A DNA stretch of 64,000 nucleotides, taken from positions 3,856 to 67,855 of the forward strand of contig CAIMSU010000332.1 of the NCBI GenBank assembly GCA_903844155.1, read 5' to 3'. The position numbers and the translations under genes are program-made. Source of the stretch: an uncultured Pseudomonadota bacterium (GTDB taxonomy: Bacteria > Myxococcota_A > UBA796 > SXON01). The notes beneath the pieces were generated by a model. That model was not told the origin of the DNA. It searched no databases and saw only the letters and a list, made by a program, of their open reading frames with translations. This document shows positions 44,078 through 52,503 of the stretch, piece after piece. Every line of letters begins with the position of its first letter. Position 1 is the first letter of the stretch.

Positions 44078-45034
44078 TCAGTCCGAGCAGATGTCAGCGG
44101 TGAGGGCGGGGTAGACCATCGAGACGGCCGCGCACATCTCGCCGGGGAACGTGAGGTCGTTGTCCGTGTCGTTGTACCATTCGCAGGTTGTACGCCAGAC
44201 GCTGCCCGCTTCGGCGACGAAGGGGCTGGCGGTGTGGTCCTCGATCGGGGGCGTGTCCCGATAGGCCGGGTCCCATTGCTCCTCGTAGAAGGTGGTGGAG
44301 GTGCCGTCGGGATCGATCTTCTCGAGCTTGAAGTGCGTGCCCCACTCGTGCATGTGCCCGATGAAGTACAGCATGTTGTAGGGCGTCGCGAAGGTGCAGT
44401 CGAACGTGTCGGTCTGCGCGGAGTGGGCGGGGATGCTGAACTTGTCCTCGTTGGTGGTCCAAGGCGCTGCCCAGTCGGTGACCTGGTCGTCCGGAATCGT
44501 GTTGGAGATGCCGATGGCGTTGACCAGCAGCGTGTTTCCGGACGTGTTCACGTTGTGGACCTGCAGGATCGTCCGCTGCCCGCTGCGGAGCTTCGTCGCG
44601 ATGCCGGTCGGGAGTGCCATGCCGAACGCCTCGCCATTGCCGCCGGTCGGCAGGATGATGGGCTGCAGGTCGCTCATCGGCAGATCGGCGGTCTGCGTGC
44701 AGTCGAAGAACTCGCCGTCCGGCATGTCGATCGCGTTGGTGCTCGTACCGAGCAGGAGTACGTGGTGGCCGTACTCCGCCTGCTGGTAGCCGCCGAACGT
44801 GGTGAGCGCGACGTCGGGACCGGTGTACGTGCCGGCGAGGCACATCTGGGTGTCGGTGTAGGGAGGCACTTCGAACGCCGGCATCTCCCACGAGATGTCG
44901 GTCGGGCCGACGGCCGGGTAGTCGACGCCAGCGGTCATCGTGAGGTCGACGACGGCGCTGCCGGAGCCCGTGTCGGCGGGTTGGGTGCAGGCGCCGAGCG
45001 CGGGGAGGATCAGGAGGAGGAGAGGGGAACGCAT
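44078..45034 (-). CDS. Lipoprotein, copper type II ascorbate-dependent monooxygenase (PHM/DBH)-like
   Basis: Lipobox ALGAC. The spaced motifs match the CuH and CuM ligand sets of peptidylglycine alpha-hydroxylating monooxygenase: YGHHVLLLG (HH), TILQVHNVN (compare PHM LQVHY), GHMHEWG (HxH) and PGEMCAAVSMVY (compare PHM DEMCNLYIMYY). Confidence 0.76.
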   Translation of the reverse strand: MRSPLLLLILPALGACTQPADTGSGSAVVDLTMTAGVDYPAVGPTDISWEMPAFEVPPYTDTQMCLAGTYTGPDVALTTFGGYQQAEYGHHVLLLGTSTNAIDMPDGEFFDCTQTADLPMSDLQPIILPTGGNGEAFGMALPTGIATKLRSGQRTILQVHNVNTSGNTLLVNAIGISNTIPDDQVTDWAAPWTTNEDKFSIPAHSAQTDTFDCTFATPYNMLYFIGHMHEWGTHFKLEKIDPDGTSTTFYEEQWDPAYRDTPPIEDHTASPFVAEAGSVWRTTCEWYNDTDNDLTFPGEMCAAVSMVYPALTADICSD

Positions 45035-45053
45035 CAGGGTGTCCGGGCTCGGG

Positions 45054-45581
45054 TCAAGAGGAGGGGTCGAGCATGTTCATGACGACGGTGAAGGGGGTCT
45101 CGGCGCCTGCGACGACGATGACCTTGTCCTCGTTCGGGATGGTGATCGGCTCGCCGGGGTTGGCGCAGCCGTCGCCGTTCAAATCCAGGCAGCCGAGGAT
45201 CCAGACAACGCCGCCAGCGAGGGGTTGCGTGGTGTAGACGACCCCGGTGGGGCCGCCGTTGTTGGTCAGATCGAGCGCGACGGAGATGTCTTCGAGCGAG
45301 ACGGCGCCGTCGTTCGGGCCGAGCGCGGTTGCATCCGCCTCGGCGTAGATCGAACCACCAAACGTACCGACGGGCGGCGCGGTCATCGACGGGATGAGGT
45401 CGGCCTCCATCTGGAAAGCCAGGGCGAGGGTCCCGGGGCCATGGGCGGTGTCGTGCGCACTCGAAGAGTCGCTGGAGGTGGCGCTGTCGCTCGCGGTCTT
45501 GCCGGCCGAGCAGGCCGCGCTGAGGACCGGCAAGAGACAGGTCGCGAGCAGGAGGTTCAAGCGCATGAGTCGCGGTAGCAT
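45054..45581 (-). CDS. Lipoprotein, unknown function
   Basis: Lipobox LSAAC and a Ser/Asp-rich linker. First gene of the apparent operon. An alternative ATG lies at 45566. Confidence 0.6.
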   Translation of the reverse strand: MLPRLMRLNLLLATCLLPVLSAACSAGKTASDSATSSDSSSAHDTAHGPGTLALAFQMEADLIPSMTAPPVGTFGGSIYAEADATALGPNDGAVSLEDISVALDLTNNGGPTGVVYTTQPLAGGVVWILGCLDLNGDGCANPGEPITIPNEDKVIVVAGAETPFTVVMNMLDPSS

Positions 45582-45647
45582 ACCCCCGGGGCGTCCGCGC
45601 GGGATGCCTTGTCAAGGAGGTGTCAAGGCATGGCAGATCCCCCTGGA

Positions 45648-46307
45648 TCAGGGGAAGAGCGAGCCCTGCCGCAGCACGTCGAGCGTGCCCCATCGCGTGC
45701 GGACGCAGGTGGGGAGGGGCTCACTGCGGTTGATGAAGCCGAGCAGCCAGGCGCGGGTGACCGGGTCGGAGGGATACCCGCTGCCGACGCCTCCGACGCC
45801 CGCATATTCGGCGTTGAGCGCCTCGATCGCCTCATCCCGCAGGACCTTCGCAAAGATGCTCGCTGCGCCTACGACCGGCCAGGTCGCGTCCGCCTTTGGC
45901 TCGATCGTCCAGCCCCGAACACCGCTGCGTCGGACGAGATCGGCCTGCAACTTCGGGATTCCGCGAGGATTCACGGGCGCGTCGAGGAACACGTGGTCGG
46001 GGTTGGTCTGGCGGACGATGTCGAGGAAGGCGTCGACCTCAAGGGCGTTGAGGTTGCCTTCGTCGATGCGGGCTGGCGGGATGGAGCGTGTGTGCGCTGA
46101 GCCCAGCTGTGCCAGGCCCGCTCGCACGCTTGTCCGTCGGCGAGCGGAGAGCGCTTTGGAGTCGTCCGCCCCCGCGGCCCGAAGCGGGAGCTGGCACGCC
46201 AGAAGTGGCTCGGCGCCCTCGTGTTCATAGAGGAAACCGCCCACGACGAGCGGCCCGAGGACGCAGCCGCGGCCGGCTTCGTCGAGGCCAAGGATGCGTA
46301 GCTTCAT
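45648..46307 (-). CDS. rnhB: Ribonuclease HII
   Basis: ATG at 46307. Motifs ILGLDEAGRGCVLGPLVV, DSKALS, ASIFAKVLRD and GSGYPSD. The upstream part of ORF 45648..46796 is antisense to nuoA and was rejected. Confidence 0.87.
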   Translation of the reverse strand: MKLRILGLDEAGRGCVLGPLVVGGFLYEHEGAEPLLACQLPLRAAGADDSKALSARRRTSVRAGLAQLGSAHTRSIPPARIDEGNLNALEVDAFLDIVRQTNPDHVFLDAPVNPRGIPKLQADLVRRSGVRGWTIEPKADATWPVVGAASIFAKVLRDEAIEALNAEYAGVGGVGSGYPSDPVTRAWLLGFINRSEPLPTCVRTRWGTLDVLRQGSLFP

Positions 46308-46418
46308 CCGAACCGGTAACCAGCCATCCGGTCCGTTGCCCACGCCCTCCTCCCGCGTTACTCGCGCGCCCTTGCCCCCCGCTTCGCCGCCCCGCGCCTG
46401 CTCCTGTCGAGGTGTCCC

Positions 46419-46790
46419 GTGATCAGCCCCTACGTCCCGCTGATGATGTCGCTGGTCATCGCCGTCGGGTTCAGTCTGGTCTTTGTGGGATTGAGCAAGT
46501 TCTTCGGGCCGCAACGCCCGAACGCAACCAAAGAGTCGCTGTACGAGTGCGGCATGCCCTCCGTCGCGCAGGCGCATCAGCGGTTCTCGGTCAAGTTCTA
46601 CCTTGTCGCGGTGCTTTTCATCCTGTTTGACCTGGAAGCGGTGTTCCTCTTTCCCTGGGCCGTCGTGTACAAGCAGTTCGTGCTTGACGGTCACGCCGCA
46701 TTCCTGCTGTCCGAGATGTTCTTCTTCCTCGGCGTGCTTTTTGCCGGGTGGGTCTACTGCTGGAAGCGGGGAGCGCTGCAATGGGACTAG
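46419..46790 (+). CDS. nuoA: NADH-quinone oxidoreductase subunit A
   Basis: Three TM segments. Motif YECGMP...[15 protein letters not shown] start. Confidence 0.9.
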   Translation: MISPYVPLMMSLVIAVGFSLVFVGLSKFFGPQRPNATKESLYECGMPSVAQAHQRFSVKFYLVAVLFILFDLEAVFLFPWAVVYKQFVLDGHAAFLLSEMFFFLGVLFAGWVYCWKRGALQWD

Positions 46791-47260
46791 AAACACAGGT
46801 CACGTCGCCCTTCCTCGCCACGCGCATGGACGAGGTGATCAACTGGGGCCGCAAGTACTCGATGTGGCCGATGCCCTTCGGCACGGCATGCTGCGCGATC
46901 GAGTTCATGGGCGTCGTCAGCTCGCGCTTCGACATCAGCCGGTTCGGAGCGGAGCTCGTACGCTTCTCGCCGCGACAGGCGGATCTGCTGCTCGTCATGG
47001 GCACGATCACGCAGAAGCAGGCGCCGGTGCTCAAGCAGATCTACGACCAGATGCCGAACCCGAAGTGGGTGCTCTCGATGGGCGCTTGTGCGAGCACGGG
47101 CGGCTTCTACGACAACTACACGACCGTGCAGGGGATCGACGAGATCATCCCGGTCGACGTGTACGTCGCGGGCTGCCCGCCGCGGCCGGAGAACGTGATC
47201 GGCGCCGTGGTGAAGATCATGGAGAAGATCGATCGGGAGAAGGCGGCAGACTGGCGGTAG
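46781..47260 (+). CDS. nuoB: NADH-quinone oxidoreductase subunit B
   Basis: N2 cluster cysteines: [28 protein letters not shown] at 46781 overlaps nuoA by 10 nt. Confidence 0.93.
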   Translation: MGLETQVTSPFLATRMDEVINWGRKYSMWPMPFGTACCAIEFMGVVSSRFDISRFGAELVRFSPRQADLLLVMGTITQKQAPVLKQIYDQMPNPKWVLSMGACASTGGFYDNYTTVQGIDEIIPVDVYVAGCPPRPENVIGAVVKIMEKIDREKAADWR

Positions 47261-47304
47261 TGGAGCTGGATTGCGACGGCGACAGCGCCGAGAGGAGCAG
47301 AACG

Positions 47305-47841
47305 ATGATGACGGAAGCCGACGTAGCCGCCAAGGTGCAAGAGCGCTTCGGCGGTCGTATTCTCGCTGCCAATGCCTTTCGGGGGCAGTCGGTCGTGACC
47401 ATCGCGCCAAAGGACCTGCGCGAGGTGCTGCTTTTCCTGCGTGACACGCTCGCCTTTGAGTGGCTGATCGACGTCGGGGGGGTGGACTACCTCGGGTACG
47501 ACGACGGGCCCGGGAAGGACGAGCGTGAGTGGCGGTTCGAGGTCGTCTACGCGATGCTCTCGATGGCGAACAACGTGCGCTTTCGCGTGAAGGTCGCGGT
47601 GGCCGATGAGTCCGTGACGGTCCCGAGCGTCTGGGACCTCTGGGCCATCGCAAACTGGGAAGAGCGCGAGGTCTGGGACATGTACGGCATCGTGTTCGAG
47701 CACCATCCCAACCTTCGGCGCATCCTCTGCCACGACGAGTTCGTCGGCCACGCCCTCCGCAAGGACTACCCGATCACCCGTCGCCAGAAGCTCTCCGCGC
47801 CCAGCGAGAACATCCTCTGCGACCGCTCGGAGATCGCATGA
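47305..47841 (+). CDS. nuoC: NADH-quinone oxidoreductase subunit C
   Basis: 30-kDa subunit pattern NWEEREVWDMYGIVFEHHPNLRRIL. ATG at 47305. Confidence 0.9.
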   Translation: MMTEADVAAKVQERFGGRILAANAFRGQSVVTIAPKDLREVLLFLRDTLAFEWLIDVGGVDYLGYDDGPGKDEREWRFEVVYAMLSMANNVRFRVKVAVADESVTVPSVWDLWAIANWEEREVWDMYGIVFEHHPNLRRILCHDEFVGHALRKDYPITRRQKLSAPSENILCDRSEIA

Positions 47842-49061
47842 CCAGCGCTCCTGGTTCGACCCCCGGGCGCTCGACGACGGAGGTCCAGCCGCTTCCCAGC
47901 GACCTGCTGACCATCAACATGGGCCCAGCCCATCCCGCCACGCACGGCACGCTGCGTCTGCAGCTCCAGCTCGACGGCGAGACCATCGTCAACTGCGGGG
48001 CTGAGATCGGCTACTTGCACCGCGGCTTTGAGAAGCAGGCCGAGAACTGCCAGTATCAGCTCGTCATCCCCTACGCCGAGCGCCTCAACTACATGGGCCC
48101 GGTGCACAACTCCAACGCGTGGTGCCACGCGTGCGAGGGCCTGCTCGGCATCGAGGCGCCACCGCGCGCACAGGCCCTTCGGGTGATCACCTCCGAGCTG
48201 GCGCGCATCATCGATCACGCCGTCTGCATCGGCACGAACCTCGTGGACATGGGAGCGCTGACGAACTTCTGGTACATGTACAACTACCGGGAGAAGATCT
48301 ACGACCTGATGGAGGAGCTCACCGGCGCGCGGATGATGGTCAACTACCCGCGTATCGGCGGGGTTTGCCTCGACGCGCCGGACGGCTGGCTGGAGAGCGT
48401 GGTCCGGGTGATGGCGGACATGCAGGAGGTCGTGGCCGAGGTGTCCGGGCTCGTCTCCCGCAACCGCATCTTCATGGACCGGACGCAGGGTGTAGGCGTG
48501 ATCTCCAAGGAGATGGCGATCTCGCACTCGGTCACGGGCCCCTGCGCGCGGGCCGCGGGGATCAACTGGGACCTACGCAAGTCGCAGCCCTATTGGGGTT
48601 ACGACAAGCTGAATTTCGAGGTGCCCGTCGAGACCGCGGGCGACACCTACGCGCGCACCATGGTGCGGTTCCGTGAGATGGAAGAGAGCCGCAAGCTCGT
48701 CCTTCAGGCGATCACGAGCATCCCCGGCGGCGCCGTCATGGTGACCGACCACCTCGTCGCGCTACCGCCGAAAGACAAGGTCTACAACACGATGGAAGGC
48801 TTGATCAACCACTTCAAGCTGATCATGCACGGCATCCGCCCGCCGCGCGGGGAGTTCTATTCGGCCACTGAAGGCGGGAACGGCGAGCTCGGGTACTACA
48901 TCGTCTCGGACGGCGGCCCGAACGCCTGGCGGCTGCGCATCCGGCCTCCGTGCTTCGCCAACTACTCCGTGTTCCCCAAGATCATCACCGGGCAGCTCGT
49001 CGCAGACGCCGTCGCAGCGCTCGGATCCATCAACATCATCGCCGGAGAGCTCGACCGATGA
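47838..49061 (+). CDS. nuoD: NADH-quinone oxidoreductase subunit D
   Basis: 49-kDa subunit. Motifs MGPAHPATHGTLRL and GYLHRGFEKQAEN, with C-terminal ...IIAGELDR. ATGA overlap with nuoC. Confidence 0.94.
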   Translation: MTSAPGSTPGRSTTEVQPLPSDLLTINMGPAHPATHGTLRLQLQLDGETIVNCGAEIGYLHRGFEKQAENCQYQLVIPYAERLNYMGPVHNSNAWCHACEGLLGIEAPPRAQALRVITSELARIIDHAVCIGTNLVDMGALTNFWYMYNYREKIYDLMEELTGARMMVNYPRIGGVCLDAPDGWLESVVRVMADMQEVVAEVSGLVSRNRIFMDRTQGVGVISKEMAISHSVTGPCARAAGINWDLRKSQPYWGYDKLNFEVPVETAGDTYARTMVRFREMEESRKLVLQAITSIPGGAVMVTDHLVALPPKDKVYNTMEGLINHFKLIMHGIRPPRGEFYSATEGGNGELGYYIVSDGGPNAWRLRIRPPCFANYSVFPKIITGQLVADAVAALGSINIIAGELDR

Positions 49062-49627
49062 GCTCGCATTCCACGCCGATTCCGCCGTCGCGCGGGCCTG
49101 TCGAATGGTCCGCTTCGGACGCCGTGAAGGTCGCGGACATCATGTCTCGCTACCCGACGAAGCAGGCCGCGGTCATGCCGTTGCTGTGGCTCGCGCAGGA
49201 CCAGTGGGAGTGGATTGACCTCGACGTCATGCGGCTCGTCGCGCGCACGATCGACTGCCCGCCGAGCCAGGTGCACGCCGTCGCCAGCTTCTACACGATG
49301 TTCAAGAAGGCGCCGACCGGCAAGTACCTGATCCAGGTCTGCCAGACGCTCTCCTGCGCGCTCGTCGGGGCGGAGAAGATCATGGCGCACCTCGAAAAGC
49401 GGCTGGAGATCGACGACCACGGCAACTCCAGGGACGGCCTCTTCACCCTCCTCCGGGTCGAGTGCCTCGCATCGTGCGGCTCTGCGCCGATGATGCAGGT
49501 GAACGATCACTTTTACGAACGCCTCACGACCGAGACGTGCGACCAGATCATCGCGGGATTGCGGAGCGGCAAGCCGCTCGCGCTGCCTCGCCCAGAGGTG
49601 GACGAATGGACTTTCCGCGTATCCTGA
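49058..49627 (+). CDS. nuoE: NADH-quinone oxidoreductase subunit E
   Basis: 24-kDa subunit 2Fe-2S cysteines: VCQTLSCALVG and VECLASCGSAPMM. ATG at 49058. Confidence 0.9.
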   Translation: MSSHSTPIPPSRGPVEWSASDAVKVADIMSRYPTKQAAVMPLLWLAQDQWEWIDLDVMRLVARTIDCPPSQVHAVASFYTMFKKAPTGKYLIQVCQTLSCALVGAEKIMAHLEKRLEIDDHGNSRDGLFTLLRVECLASCGSAPMMQVNDHFYERLTTETCDQIIAGLRSGKPLALPRPEVDEWTFRVS

Positions 49628-50928
49628 GCGGGAATTGGGACAAACCCAACTCCCATACGCTCGCCGTCGCCCGCTCGTGCGGGACCTATTCGCGCGTGGA
49701 GATGGCGCTCAAGAAGGCGCCGTCCGAGCTCATCCAGATCGTGAAGGACTCGGGCCTGCGCGGTCGCGGGGGCGCGGGCTTTCCGACCGGCATGAAGTGG
49801 AGCTTCGTCCCCGGGCCGGAAAAGCGCGGGAACAAGCCGGTCTACCTGCTGTGCAACGCGGACGAGTCCGAGCCGGGCACGTTCAAGGACCGCTACTGCA
49901 TGTGGAAGGACCCCCACCTGATGATCGAGGGCATGATCATCGCGGCGCATGCGATCGGCTGCAAGGTCGGGTACGTCTACATCCGTGGCGAATTCCGGTA
50001 CATCTACGACCGGTTGTGGGAGGCGGTGCATGAGGCCCGCGCGGCCGGGCTGCTCGGCGAGAACATCCTGGGGACGGGTGTGGACTTCCAGCTCCACATC
50101 CACCTCGGCGCCGGCGCCTACATCTGCGGCGAGGAGACGGCGCTGATCTCCAGCCTCGAAGGCGAGAAAGGCCAGCCCAAGCTCAAGCCGCCGTTCCCGG
50201 CCGTCGAAGGCGCGTGGCACTGTCCCACGATCGTCAACAACGTCGAGACACTCGCGGCCGTCCCGTGGATCATCCAGAACGGCGCGGCTGCCTACAAGGC
50301 GCTCGGCACCGAGAAGAGCCCGGGCACCAAGCTCTTTTCCTGCTCCGGCCACATCCGCAAGCCGGGCGTCTACGAGATCCCGCTCGGCTACCCGATGAAG
50401 GACCTGCTGGAGATCGAGTGCGGCGGTCTGCTGCCTGGCCGCAAGCTCAAGGCCGTGATTCCCGGCGGATCGTCCGTGCCGGTGATGACGCCTGAGGAGG
50501 TGTACAAGTGCACCATGGACTACGAGTCCATCAGCACCGTCGCCGGTAGTTACCTCGGCTCGGGCGGGTTCATCGTGATGGACGACACGACGGACCTCGT
50601 CGACGCGCTGACCAACCTGCTTCGGTTCTACGCACACGAGAGCTGCGGCCAATGCACGCCCTGCAGAGAGGGCTGCGGCTGGATGTACCACATCCTTTGC
50701 CGCGTCCGGGACAATTGCGCGACCGCGGAGGATCTTGTGACGCTCAAGGACCTCGCCGACAACATCCATTCCAAGACGATCTGCTTCTTTGGCGCCTCGG
50801 CGGCGATGCCGGTGCAGAGCTTCCTGCTGAAGTTCAAGGGCGAGTTCCTGGCGCGGATCGAGGCGGCCTCGAAGGGCATTCCAGCGGGCTCCTCGGTCAC
50901 GAGTCCCGAGCAACGGGTGGGAGCGTAG
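49606..50928 (+). CDS. nuoF: NADH-quinone oxidoreductase subunit F
   Basis: FMN/NADH site GLRGRGGAGFPTGMKW. N3 cluster ESCGQCTPCREG. ATG at 49606. Confidence 0.93.
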   Translation: MDFPRILSGNWDKPNSHTLAVARSCGTYSRVEMALKKAPSELIQIVKDSGLRGRGGAGFPTGMKWSFVPGPEKRGNKPVYLLCNADESEPGTFKDRYCMWKDPHLMIEGMIIAAHAIGCKVGYVYIRGEFRYIYDRLWEAVHEARAAGLLGENILGTGVDFQLHIHLGAGAYICGEETALISSLEGEKGQPKLKPPFPAVEGAWHCPTIVNNVETLAAVPWIIQNGAAAYKALGTEKSPGTKLFSCSGHIRKPGVYEIPLGYPMKDLLEIECGGLLPGRKLKAVIPGGSSVPVMTPEEVYKCTMDYESISTVAGSYLGSGGFIVMDDTTDLVDALTNLLRFYAHESCGQCTPCREGCGWMYHILCRVRDNCATAEDLVTLKDLADNIHSKTICFFGASAAMPVQSFLLKFKGEFLARIEAASKGIPAGSSVTSPEQRVGA

Positions 50929-52503
50929 ATGCCAAAGGTCAAGATCAACGACGTGGAAGTCGACGTCCCCGCCGGGACGAACATGATCGAGGCGGCCGCG
51001 CTCGCGGGCGTGGAGATCCCGCACTACTGCTACCACCCGAACCTGTCGATCGCGGGAAACTGCCGGATGTGCCTCGTGGACATCGTCGGCGGCCGTGCGC
51101 CCGAGATCGCGTGCAACATGGTTGCGCGCGAGGGTCTGGCCATCCGGACGGACACGCCGAACGTCAAGAAGATGCGCCAGTCGGTGATGGAGTTCCTCCT
51201 TGTCAACCACCCGCTTGACTGTCCGATCTGCGACCAGTCCGGTGAGTGTCGGCTCCAGGACTACTACATGGAGCACGGGAACTACGATTCCCGCGGCATC
51301 GAAGAGAAGGTCTCCAAGCACAAGCGGCAGGACATCGGCGACAAGATTGTGTTGGACGCCGAGCGCTGCGTCCAATGCTCGCGGTGTGTGCGGTTTGGCG
51401 ACGAGGTGACGGAGACCGGGGACCTGCGGCTGATGAACCGCGGCGACCACACCGAGATCGGGATGTTCCCGGGGGAACGCCTCGAACATCACTACCAGGG
51501 CAACCTCGCGGACATCTGCCCGGTCGGCGCGCTGACGAACAAGGATTTTCGCTTCCAACGCCGCGTCTGGTATCTGCGCGAGACGGCGAGCGTGTGCAAC
51601 GGCTGCGCGACCGGCTGCAACATCCAGGTGTGTCACCAGGAGGGCGAGGTCTTCCGATACCTCCCCCGTCGCAACGACGCCGTGAACAAGTCCTGGATGT
51701 GCGACCACGGGCGCGACCTCGTCCCCGGGATCGCGGGGTTGAACCGGATCCTTCGCTCGAAGGTGGACGGTCAGGCCGTCGACGTCGAGGCGGCGTTGAG
51801 CAGCCTCGCCGCGCGCCTGAAGGCGGCGAAGACTGTGGGTGTCGTTCTCGGAAACCGGGCGACGAACGAGGGAAACTGGGCGCTGCTGCAAGCGGTGCGC
51901 AAGAACCTCCCGAACGCGAAGGTCTACGCGGTCGCGGGCAACGACCCGGGCAGCGTTGAGTTCGCGGACAAGCTGCTCATCGACGCCGACAAGAACCCCA
52001 ACAGCGCCGGCGTGAGGCTCCTCGCCGGGGTCGACGGGCGGGTTGGCGACGCCGCCGATCTCGGGTCGGCGCTCGGCAGCATCGACCTCCTGCTCGTGCT
52101 TCAGGACGACGTCCTCGGCAGGCTCGCCGGGCATGGCAAACCAGCGGCCGTCGCGTTCCTCGGGGTGTCGAAGAACGCGACCTCGGAGGCGGCGAACATC
52201 CTCATCCCCGTGTGTCACACTGTGGAGATGGACGGGTCGTATGTCAACCGCACGGGGCGCGTGCAACGGCTTCGTCGGGCGGTGACCGCCGCCGGAGACG
52301 CGCTTCCGGCGTGGCTTGTGTTGGAGCGGCTTGGGGCCAAGCTCGGTGCCGCGCCCGGAACGGGCATGGTCGCCACCGCCTTCAACGCGATGGCGAAGGT
52401 AGTTCCCGCGATGAAAGGCATGGAATTCAAGGCCCTCGGTGACGCCGGCCTCCCGCTCGCCGTCGAGCCGGCCGCTGTCGCAGCGACGGAGGCACTCGCA
52501 TGA
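50929..52503 (+). CDS. nuoG: NADH-quinone oxidoreductase subunit G (short form, 524 aa)
   Basis: Motifs CYHPNLSIAGNCRMCLV, HPLDCPICDQSGECRLQ, CVQCSRCVRF and CPVGAL. Confidence 0.9.
   Translation: MPKVKINDVEVDVPAGTNMIEAAALAGVEIPHYCYHPNLSIAGNCRMCLVDIVGGRAPEIACNMVAREGLAIRTDTPNVKKMRQSVMEFLLVNHPLDCPICDQSGECRLQDYYMEHGNYDSRGIEEKVSKHKRQDIGDKIVLDAERCVQCSRCVRFGDEVTETGDLRLMNRGDHTEIGMFPGERLEHHYQGNLADICPVGALTNKDFRFQRRVWYLRETASVCNGCATGCNIQVCHQEGEVFRYLPRRNDAVNKSWMCDHGRDLVPGIAGLNRILRSKVDGQAVDVEAALSSLAARLKAAKTVGVVLGNRATNEGNWALLQAVRKNLPNAKVYAVAGNDPGSVEFADKLLIDADKNPNSAGVRLLAGVDGRVGDAADLGSALGSIDLLLVLQDDVLGRLAGHGKPAAVAFLGVSKNATSEAANILIPVCHTVEMDGSYVNRTGRVQRLRRAVTAAGDALPAWLVLERLGAKLGAAPGTGMVATAFNAMAKVVPAMKGMEFKALGDAGLPLAVEPAAVAATEALA

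Noticed and set aside
49513-52266. 917-aa minus-strand ORF (also 52215..54326 minus and 57238..59835 plus)
   Set aside because: These are antisense or out of frame relative to the unambiguous nuoF/G/H/I/M/N genes, so they are shadow ORFs.
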